A DNA stretch of 61,793 bases, filler included, from Chiloscyllium plagiosum (Eukaryota): assembly GCF_004010195.1 (NCBI RefSeq). It is 3 parts of one record of this genome, joined end to end, with 100 filler letters (N's around TTAATTAATTAA, not from the genome) between each part and the next. Parts side by side here need not be neighbours in the genome. Positions count along the whole stretch, not along the records: positions 1 to 26,462 come from NC_057712.1; 2 more parts are not named here. One strand, given 5' to 3'. Positions 1 to 9,985 of this stretch are shown one piece after another; the first letter of the stretch is position 1; each line of letters opens with the position of its first letter. A program made the position numbers and the translations under genes. Under the pieces are notes generated by a model. That model worked only from the letters and a program-made list of their open reading frames with translations, searched no databases and was not told the DNA's origin.

Positions 1-2646
1 CCTCGTGTGTAAGCTTTGATGGTCTCCCACATCATTGACGGGTTGCTAGCTGTACCTGAATTAATTTCTAAAAAAGTTTTAAATTCTTGAGAGAAGTACT
101 TTACAAATTTACTACCTTTCATTAGGAAGGCGTCCATATGCCAATGTCGAGGGGATGTCCCATTGTTCCTCGCCTTAGTTTCCAACTATACAGCAGCATG
201 TTCGGAAATTGCTATACTACCTATTTTACAGGATGATATAGAATTTTAAAAAATCGAGGGGGGCAAAAAACATATCAATTCTGGTATGACATTTATGTGG
301 ATTGGAGTAGAAAGAAAAATCTCTGCCCTGTGGATGAAGACATCTCCATCCATCTACTAATCCTAATTCTTTGTTCAGATCCATCAATTGTCTAGATCTG
401 AGAGATACTCCTGCAGTACTCTTGGGAATCCTATCTATTTCTGGATCCATAATACAATTAAAGTATCCCCCTATAATTGTATGACGGGCACCAAAAGCCA
501 TCAATTTTGAAAAGGCTTCCGTTATAAATTTAAAGGGGTGTGCCGGGGGGCAGTACAAATTTAAAATCCCATATTCCCTCCATTTATGAGGGCTTTAATC
601 AAAATATATCGTCCAGATTCGTCTTTTATCTGCTTGAAGATTTTGAAAGGGAAATTCTTCCGAACAAGAATAACAACTCCCCTGCTTTTTGAGCTAAAAG
701 AAGAAAAAAAGGCCTGATCAAATCCACCCTGTCGTAATTTCAAGTGTTCTTTATCCGACAGGTGTGTCGGATGTGTAGGAGAGCTATATCAACTCTTTCC
801 TAAGATTTGATAATATTTTCTTCCTTTTGACTGGCGAATTACTCCCCTTGACATTACAGGTGCACCACTTAACCGACCGATCAACCATAATCATCCGGGC
901 AAATCCGAGACTCCTCGGGAGGGGAAACCCTATCCAGAACATCCCGAGCATAGAGCATATAAAATTTACCAAAAATAAAGCCTCTCTAATACACTCACAA
1001 CAATACAATAAAAAACTATTTCTAAATTAAAAAAATATAAAACGTATCTAAGTGGAGATTTTCCCCCTTGTCCCCAGGGGGTGTCACTTCCTCTCCAAAA
1101 GTCCATCATATCCTTTCCCAACCAATGCCCCACCCTTGACCCAGGCACTCCTCAATAAAATGAGGAAAATTCAGATATAATACAAAGCTAGAGTTAACAG
1201 TGAGCACCCTACCCCCACCCATACCAACACTTGGATATATTTGGTAATGTAAATACCATATATAAACATTTAACTATAAAGTTACAACCTCAACAAATAA
1301 TAATTAAATATACTAATACAAAATAACAAGGGAGGAACAACACCGCTCCTAAAGACAGAGGTAAAATTGAATAAGGTAACAATATATATATATATACATA
1401 CATACATATACATACATTCCCACATATATACATAAAATAATAAAAGAAAACAACCCTAAGGGGGGGGGAGAAAATCAAATCCCTCTCCCCACCCCCATGA
1501 TAATATTAATCAGTAAAGTAAGAAAAAAAAAGGGAGGGATATAAACCAAAGCGGGGGGAAAGGCAAACCAACATCCATTATGTCTTACAGTTTATGTAAG
1601 AGAGTCCAAGAATTCCTTAGCCTTTTCTGGCGATCCGAAGTTATACACGGATGCTTCATGGTTAAAGCATAGCGTCGCTGGGTAGCGTAAGGAGTACTGA
1701 ATATTTAAGTCTCTTAAATGCTTCTTCGCCTCATCAAATGCCTTCCTCTTTCGGACCAGAACTGGGGAAAAGTCCTGGACTAACATGATCTTGGATCCTT
1801 TGTAGATCATAGCTTGGGGGTCTTTTCCAAGATTTCTCGAGGCTTCTAGGAGTATCTGCCTCTCCTTGTCGCTCTGCAGCCGGAACAGGACCGGGCGTGG
1901 GCGCTGGTTCGAGCCGGGCCCGCGTATTGCGACCCGGTAGGCCCATTCCACCCTTACCTGGCCTGATCCAGCTTCCAGATTTAAAAGCTGTGGCAGCCAC
2001 TGCTCGAGGAATACAGTAAGCTGGCCTTCCTCTTCCCGTTCGGGAAGGCCCAGCAAACGAATATTTTTTCGGCGACCTCGATTATCCCTATTCTCTTTAA
2101 CAGATTATCGAGGTCATCAATATGATTCTCTAAGGTCCAGACTCGCTGTTCGAGAGTCCGGACCTGATCCACGGCCGATTGTGCTGTAGTTTCGGAGATC
2201 GCGGCCTTTAGCTCCGCTCCTCCGACTCGGCGCTCGATTTCCTGGATGTCTCGGTCGTGCTTCTGCAGCGCGGCCGAGAGTGAGTCCCATCGATTTCGGG
2301 ATTCTTCGATGAAAGCATCGATCTTCGCGTCCAGTTTGGAGATCATTTCTACAAGGCTTGTCACTGTAGGTAAGTCCCCCGTGGCGGCTGTGGACGCCTC
2401 AGCTGCAGCTGGAGAGGGTGGGGGAGGGGTTCCTGCTTGCTGAGAGCTGCGGGCTCCCTTCCCTTTAGTCATTTTTACTAAAGATTAGATTGTTTAAATT
2501 TAATACTAAGCAACTAATTAAATTAAACAGCTATTATAAATGATTTGGTGAGTGTGGTGGTGGTGGTGGGTGACCCACTTTACCCAAGTCTTGGGAGGAG
2601 TACAGTAGACTCAGACTTGCTGGATCGCCGCCATCTTGGATCCCCG
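1..2646 (-). mobile_element. L1-clade LINE, 5' portion (5' UTR, ORF1, long AT-rich spacer, ORF2 endonuclease), degenerate; runs off the window start
   Basis: ORF1 pieces 1981-2472 and 1592-2056 (coiled coil, 'GLPEREE', 'RPRPVLFRL', 'YPATL'). APE endonuclease pieces 226-894 ('WCTCNVKG', 'SRGVVIL', 'GGYFN', 'HTRIDMFF'). The 5' end reads GGGGATCCAAGATGGCG. Confidence 0.9.
1592..2472 (-). pseudogene. L1 ORF1 (Transposase_22-like RNA-binding protein), frameshifted near 2080-2100
   Basis: Two overlapping ORFs together give a typical vertebrate L1 ORF1p: MTKGKG..., LENHIDDLDN, LGLPERE...YPATL. Confidence 0.85.
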
Positions 2647-2789
2647 CGAGTGCTGGTTAACTGTGTCCCACTGAGACAGGCAAGGAATGGTAAGAATGAC
2701 AAGAAAAGAGGAGCTTCTTGTCAAGAGGAAGAAGGAAGCTTACTTAAGGTTGAGGAAGAAGGATCTGACACAGCATTAGAGGATTAGAG

Positions 2790-4625
2790 GGTAGCTAGGA
2801 AATAACTCAAAAATGCACTGAGGAGAGCTCGGAGGGGGCACAAAAAGTGCCTTGTCGGGAAGGACGAGGGAAAACCCAAAAGGCGATCTATTCTTATGTG
2901 AGGAATAAGAGAATGATCAGAGAGAAGGTAAGGCCGATCAGGGATAATGGAGGGAACTTGTGTCTGAAGAGGTAGGGGAGGCCGTAAAGGAGTTTTTTGC
3001 TTCAATATTCATTAGAGAAAGGGATCTTGTTGATAGTGAGAACATTTTGAAGCATGTTAATAGGCTTGAACAGATTGATATTAAGGAAGTGGACGTGCTA
3101 GAAATTCTGAGAAGATTCAAGATAGATAAGTCCCCAGGGCCAGATCAGATATATCCAAGGTTACTGTGGGAAGCGAGAAATGAGATTGCTGCACCTCTGG
3201 CAATGATCTTTGCATCCTCACTCTCCATGGGAGTAGTATCAGATGATTGGAGGGAGGTGAATATTGTTTCTCTGTTCAAGAAAGAGAATAGGGAAATCCC
3301 TAGGAATTACAGACCAGGCAGTATTACTGGTCTTGTGGTAAGCAAGGTACTGGAAAGGATTCTGAGAGATAGGATTTATGACTATTAGGAAAAACATAGT
3401 TTGATTAAAGATAGTCAGCATGGCTTTATGAGGGGGGAGGTCATATCTCACAAGCCTCATTAAGTTCTTTGAGGATGTGATGAGACAAGCTGACGAAGGT
3501 TGAGCAGTGGATGTGCTGTCTACAGATTTCAGTAAGACATTTCGTAAGGTTCCCCATGGTAGGCTTATTCAGAAAGTTCGGAGGTATGGGATCCAGGAAA
3601 TTTGGCTGTCTGGATACAGAATTAGCTGGCTCATAGAAAACAGAGCGTGGCAGTAGAGGGAAAGTATGCAGCCTGGAGCTCGGTGACCAGTCGTGTCCTG
3701 CAGGGGTCAGTTCTGGGACCTCTGCTCTTTGTGGCTTTTATAAATGACTTGGATGAAGAAATGGAAGGGTGGGTAGTAAGTTTGCCAATGACACAAATGT
3801 CAGATAGTGTTGAGGGCTTTTGCAGGCTGCAACAAGACATTGACAGGATGCAGAGCTGGGCTGAGAAATGGCGGATGGAATTCAACCTGGAAAAGTGTGA
3901 AGTGATTCATTTTGGAAGTTCAAATTTGAATGCAGAATACAGGGTTAAAGGCAGAACTTTTGGCAGTGTGGAGGATCTTGGGGTCCATGTACATAGATCC
4001 CTCAAAGTTGCCACCCAAGTTGAAAGGGTTGTTAAAAAGGCGTATGGTGTTTTGGTTTTTATTAGCGGGGGTTGAATTTAAGAGCCGCAAAGTTTTGCTG
4101 CAGCTCTATAAAAACCTGGTTAGACCACATATGGAATATTGTGTCCAGTTCTGGTCACCTCATTATAGGAAGGATGTAAATGCTTTAGAGAGGGTGCAGA
4201 GATTTATAGGATGCTGCCTGGATTGGAGGGCATGTGTTATGGAAGACAAGCTGGAGAGAAGAAGGAAGAGAGGTGACTTGATAGAGGTGTATATGGCAAT
4301 GAGAGGCATAGATAGAGTAGATAGCCAGAGACTTTTCCCCAGGGCAGAATTGGCTGTCACAAGGGGTCATAATTTTAAGGTGATTGGAGGGAGGTGTGGG
4401 GAGATGTCAGAGGTAGGCTCTTAATGCACAGAGTGGTGGGTACATGGAATGCACTGACAGCAGTGGTAGTAGAGTCAGAGACATTAGGGACATTTAAGCG
4501 ATTGCTGGACAAGCACATGGACAGCGGTAAATTGAGGGGTGTGTAGGTTAGGTTGATCTTAGATTAAGATGAATGCTCAGCACAACATCGTGGGTCAAAG
4601 GGCCTGTACTGTTCAATGTTCTATA
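2790..4625 (+). mobile_element. CR1-clade LINE (ORF2 RT half plus 3' tail), decayed
   Basis: ORF fragments 'KSPGPDQIYPRLL', 'NYRP', 'QGSVLGPLLF', 'LVRPHMEYCVQFWSPHY', followed by a CR1-type tail (GGGCCTGTACTGTTC...). Confidence 0.9.
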
Positions 4626-4643
4626 ACAAGATAGAATTTAATA

Positions 4644-4898
4644 CAGTACAGCCTCGATTATCCTAATTTTGGATTATCCCAACAAGATCTCAAGGTGCTG
4701 TAAAAACCGCATTAGGTAACTCAGCACTCACTTATCAGTTAACTGGCATTATGGTGTGCAATGTCGGATAACCGAGAAATGTTCAATAACTAGCACTCAT
4801 AAATTACCGCTTGTTTATGATCAGATCGATTATCCGAACGATCATTACCAAACAACATACTGTTTGCCCATCTCGTTCGGATAATTGAGGTTCTACTG
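4644..4898. mobile_element. Tigger/pogo-type MITE (about 255 bp)
   Basis: Imperfect TIRs CAGTACAGCCTCGATTATCC and GGATAATTGAGGTTCTACTG, each flanked by TA. Confidence 0.75.
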
Positions 4899-5001
4899 TA
4901 TTCAGCTCAAGAGTAAGAAACAACTTTGGTTGAAAACAACTGTGTTTCACATAAATAAAATAGCTAACTCCTGTCTCAAAGTGGACTGGCCAGATAGATT
5001 T

Positions 5002-5305
5002 GGGCGGCACAGTGGTTAGCACTGCTGCCTCACAGCGCCAGAGACCCGGGTTCAATTCCCGCCTCAGGCGACTGACTGCGTGGAGTTTGCACATTCTCCC
5101 CGTGTCTGCGTGGGTTTCCTCCGGGTGCTCCGGTTTCCTCCCACAGTCCAAAGATGTGCAGGTCAGGTGAATTGGCCATGCTAAATTGCCCGTAGTGTTA
5201 GATGCAGGGGTAAATGTAGGGGAATGGGTCTGGGTGGGTGCGCTTCGGCGGGTTGGTGTGGACTTGTTGGGCCAAAGGGCCTGTTTCCACACTGTAAGTA
5301 ATCTG
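5002..5305 (+). mobile_element. tRNA-derived SINE (HE1/V-SINE-like)
   Basis: A box (TGGTTAGCAC), B box (GGTTCAATTCC), V-SINE-like core (TGGAGTTTGCACATTCTCCCCGTGTCTGCGTGGGTTTCC) and CR1-like tail. Confidence 0.9.
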
Positions 5306-5309
5306 TAAG

Positions 5310-7790
5310 TTATGAGGTTGAATAAAGGATGTCCAAAGAGACCTGGAGGCCCACATGCCTAGATTTATAAAATATCATTCTTTGGTGCAGAAAATATTCA
5401 AGAAAGCTAATGAAATGCTGGCCATTATATCAAGAGGACTGGAGTATAAGATGCACAAGTTATGCCAGAGTTATACACAGCCTGGAAGGGCCTGTCTTGG
5501 AATACTGTGAGCAGATTTGGGCACCATGCCTAAGGATGGATAGATTGGCCTTGGAGAGAGTACAATGTAGTTTACAAGAATGATACCTGGACATCAGGGG
5601 TTAAGTTATGAGGAGACATTGTACAAATTAGGCTAGTTTTCTGTAGAATTTAGAAGGTTAAGGAGTGATCTGACTAAGGGCTTCGGGATATTAACACGAA
5701 AAGACAAGGTCAACAAAAATAAACTACTTCCACTAGTTGGAGATTCGAGAACTCAAGGACTCACTCTGAGAATTAGGGCCAGACTGTTCAGGAGAGATGA
5801 TAGGGCGGGGTAGTAAAGGCTTGGAATTCTCTTCCACAAACGGCAGTGGATGGCTGGATCAGTTACCAATTTTAAAGCTGAGACACATTTTTATTCAGCT
5901 GTGGTTTTAAGGGAAATGGCCCAAAGGCAGTATATGGAGCTAGTCCACAGATCATATTTTATTAAATGATGGGACAGGTTCAAGGAGGCTGAATGGCTTA
6001 TTCCTGTTCCTATGTTCCTCAACTATGAGGGCAAACAAGCCAGGAATATATAAACTGACAATAAGAATTGTTTTAAATATATGAAAAGGAAAAGAGAGGT
6101 CAAAGAGAATGTAGGCACTTAGAAAATGAAACTGGGGAGATCGTTATGGGGAACAAGGAAATGGTAGAGGTATTAAACTGATAATTTATATCAATATTTA
6201 TGGTGGAAGATACTTCAAACATCATATTAATAGTTAAGAATATTTGGGAAGAATTACATAGCATCACTGTCACTAGAGAGATAGTGTTGGACAAACTGAT
6301 GGGGACTAAAGGCAGATCAGTCTCTGGCCCTGATGCTTGCATTCTCAGATCCTAGAAGAAGTAGCTACAGAGATGGTGGGTGTATTGGTTGTAATTTTCC
6401 AGAAATTCTTGGATTCTGGAGAAGTGCCAATGTGACACCCCTCTTCAGAAAGGGAAGGAGCTGACTATAGGCTGATTAGCCTCACCTCTACTGTTGGAGA
6501 AGTACTCGAATCAGTTATGAAGGAAGTAATAGCAGAGCATTTGGAAAGTCTTAATCTAATCAAGCAGAGGCAGCAAAGCTCCATGAAAGGGAAACAGTGT
6601 CTAATTAATTTATTAGAGTTTTTCCAGGAATTCTCAATGATGTGGATTGAAGGGAACTAGATGATGTGTTGTATTTGAGGTTCTAGAAGATGTTCAACAA
6701 GATACCTCACATTAGGTTAAGTTATAAGAAAAGAGCCCACACTGTTGGAGATAATATTTAGTGTGGATAGAGAATTGACTCGTGGGCAGGAAACAGCAAA
6801 TGGGGATAAGGGGTTGTTTTATAGGTTGGCCACTGTAATCAGGAGGGTTCCACAGAAATCAGTACTGGGACTGCAACTGTTAACAATATATATTCATAGC
6901 TTGGAGAAAAGAATGCACTGTAACCATATTTGCAGACGACACTAAAATAGGTGGAAAGGCAGGTTGAGAGAGAGATACAAACAGTTTATGGAAAGATATT
7001 GGTAGGCTTTGTAACTGGGAAAAAAGAGTGAGAATGTGAGAAAATATGTTTATTTTGGAAGGTAAAACAAAATAAATTATTTAAATGGGGAAAGTTACAT
7101 AAAGCTGCAACTCCATGGGTCTTGGGGGACTTGTGTACAAAACACAGAAAACCAACATATGGGCAGCAGGTGATCAGGAAGGCTAATGGAATCTTGACCT
7201 TTATTTTAAGGGGGTTGGAGTATAAGAGTAGGGAAGTCTTAGTGAAACTGCACAAGGTGCTGGTGAGACCACATCTGGAATACTGTGAGCAGGTTTGGTC
7301 CCCTTATTTAAGGAAAGATATTTCATTGGGGGCAGTTCAGAGAAGGTTCACTAGGATGATGCCCTGTACGGAGGGATTGTCTTATGAGGAAAGGCTAAGC
7401 AGATTGGAACTCTCCTCACTGGAGTTTAGGAGAATGGGAGGTGGGCTCATTAAAACATAAGGATTCTTAAGGGGCTTGACAGGGTAAATGATGAGAGAAA
7501 GTTTCCTCTCATGGAAGGGTCTGGCACCTGAGGTTATAGTTTCAGAATTAAGGGATGCAAATTTATGACTGAGATGAGAAGGAATTTCTTTTCTGAGGGT
7601 TGAGCGTCTTTGGGATTCCTTGCCACAGACGTTTGTGGGGGAGAGTCTTTGTGTATACTTAAGACTGAATAGATAGTAGAGGATCAAGGGTTACAGGGAA
7701 TACACAGGAACGTGGACATGAGGAATATTCAATCAGTCAAGATTCTATCGAATGGCAGAGCAAGCTTGAGGGAAAATTCCCTACTGGTTG
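5310..7790 (+). mobile_element. Older CR1 LINE fragments (at least two copies)
   Basis: 'LVRPHLEYCEQVWSPYLRKD' (7122-7460), 'PQKSVLG' and a CR1 tail ending TTCCTGTTCCTATGTTCC near 6018. Confidence 0.8.
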
Positions 7791-8010
7791 GAATCAAAGC
7801 TGACAGATAGGAAAATAGTTGTGGTATTTGGAAGTCAGTCAACTCAACTCCAGAACATCTCTGCAGAAGTTCTTCAAGGTAACGTCCGAGACCAAAACAT
7901 TTTCAGCTGCTTCATTCATGATTGCTCCCCCATCATAATGTAAAAAAGTGGTGATGTTCACTGATGATTGCACAATGTTCAGCATCATTCACAAGTCCAC
8001 AGGTCTATGG
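7790..8010 (+). mobile_element. CR1-type RT fragment, outermost host of the nest; continues at 16979-17087 and 31771-31830
   Basis: The RT-like sequence ...GATGTTCACTGATGATTGCACAATG... resumes as CAGTCCATGTCC...CAAGACCTGGACAATATCCAGGC after 16978, and as ...AATTTAACCAT...ACATTCAATGG after 31770. Confidence 0.7.
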
Positions 8011-8101
8011 TGATTGGAACCAGGTGGATCTCACTGACTATGAGATCCTTAACCTGGGCCAATCAGAAAGCCATGGTTGACAAAAATAAACAGGGGATTA
8101 A

Positions 8102-9133
8102 TGGGCACCGCAGGAAGTGGAGTGCATTATTTCTCCCTCCAATTCTATTTTGATTTAGTCCCTACCCTCCCCTTCACTGTTTTGATCACACAGCACTGCC
8201 CTTTGATGTGAAGGGCAGTGTTTGTCACTGGCCACCCGGGTGTTTTCCTATCTTCCTGGTGGTGGAAATTGAATAAAGATTCGTGCACTTTGTGTCTTCC
8301 ACTGTGTCTCACACCTGCACACACACACCATGGGTGCTGGGGATAAAATAAGCACTACCGCACTTAGGTGGTAGTGTGGGGGTTAAAAAAAGAAAGGAAA
8401 AAAAAAGAAAAAAAAATCCAGAAGATTATTTCTCCCTCCAATTCTATTTTGATTTTAGTCCCTACCCTCCCCTTCACTGTTTGATCACACAGCACTGCCC
8501 TTTGATGTGAAAGGCAGTGTTTGTCACTGGCCACCCGGGTGTTTTCCTATCTTCCTGGTGGTGGAAATTGAATAAAGATTCGTGCACTTTGCGTCTTTCA
8601 CTGTGTCTCACACCTGCACACACACACCATGGGTGCTGGGGAAAAAATAAGCACTACTGCAGTTAGGTGGTAGTGTGGGGGTTATATATAAAAAAATACA
8701 GGGACTTGCCCTTTGATGTGAAGGGCACTGCTTGTCACTGGCCACCCCGGTGTTTTCCTATCTTCCTGGTGGTGGAAATTGAACAAAGATCGTACACCTT
8801 GTGTCTCTCAGTGTCTCACACCTGCACACACACACACACCATGGGTGCTGGGGAAAAATAAGCACTACCGCAGTTAGGTGGTAGTGTGGGGGTTATATAT
8901 AAAAATATACAGGGACTTGCCCTTTGATGTGAAGGGCACTGCTTGTCACTGGCCACCCCGGTGTTTTCCTATCTTCCTGGTGGTGGAAATTGAACAAAGA
9001 TCGTACACCTTGTGTCTCTCAGTGTCTCACACCTGCACACACACACACCATGGGGGCTGGGGAAAAATAAGCACTACCGCACTTAGGCGGTAGTGTGGAG
9101 GTTAAATAAAAAAAAACAGGGAATTTAAAAAAA
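8102..9133 (+). repeat. Head-to-tail array of four 5'-truncated Tx1 3' ends (units at about 8102, 8425, 8707, 8918) plus a tail-only stub
   Basis: Unit 1 encodes an ORF2-like C-terminus (WAPQEVECIISPSNSILI*), then a 3' UTR, hairpin and A-rich tail. Units 2-4 repeat the same 3' UTR. The same sequence occurs at the 3' end of the long element (16207 onward). Confidence 0.85.
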
Positions 9134-9985
9134 AACAGGAGTGTCTTCACTGCTTGATCACACAGCATTGCCCGTTTTTGTGAATGACATAGCTTGTCAC
9201 TGACCACGCGGGTGTTTTCCTTTTGAGAGTTGGATCAGTGTGTGTGTGTGTGAGTGTGTGAGTGTGTGTGTGCACGTGCAAGGACTCTCCTCCTTGAAGA
9301 GGTCTGACAGGAAGGGGACTGTCCCTGGACCAGCTGCCCCACATCCAGAGAGCTGAAGGAAGGAAGGAAGAAGAGGAGGAGGCAGAAGCAGAAGGCTGAC
9401 CTGCCTCAGCTGTTACTGCTTGGGGCCTGCCTCACTGCTGCTGCCTGGGACTTGCCTTGGGGCCCCTCCCAGGACCTCCACCACTGCCGCTGTTGTTAGA
9501 GGCCCACCTCCACTGCTGCTGCCTGGGACTCAATTTTGGGGCCGCCTGGGGGACCCTCCCCAACAAGTCTGCACCCACCGCTGCGACCAAGGGCCTACCT
9601 GGGACTCGCCCAAGGCCTGCCTCCACTGCTGCTGTTGCCTGAGGCCTGCCTCCACCACCGCTGCCTGGGACTCGCCTTGGGCCCCTCCCCACAATCTCCA
9701 CCACTGCTGCTGCCTGGGACTCAATTTTGGGGCTGCCTGGGACTTGGCTTGGGGACCCTCCCCAACAGGTCTGCCCCCACCGCTACGACCAAGGGCTTAC
9801 CTGGGACTCGCCCGAGGCCTGCCTCCACCGCTGCTGTTGCCTGAGGCCGGTCTCCACCATTGCTGCCTGGGACTCCCCTTGGGTGACTCGCCTTGGGCAC
9901 CTCCTCAGGACCTCCGCCGCCGCTGCTGCCAGAGGCCTACCTCCACCGCTGCTGCCTGGGGCCTACCAATATCCAGCAGCAGAGA

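Noticed and set aside
5002..5075. tRNA genes at A/B-box sites (eight copies)
   Set aside because: Each continues into a SINE core and a LINE-like tail, so these are SINE heads rather than standalone tRNAs.
8190..8385. Tx1 3' UTR as a known self-cleaving ribozyme (hammerhead, HDV, twister)
   Set aside because: I could not identify a CUGANGA/GAAA core or a convincing HDV/twister pseudoknot by eye. Only simple hairpins are supported.
8102..9133. Tandem units as a CRISPR-like array or satellite
   Set aside because: The units are 200-300 bp A-tailed retrotransposon 3' ends containing the ORF2 stop. There are no unique spacers and no cas genes, and the context is eukaryotic.
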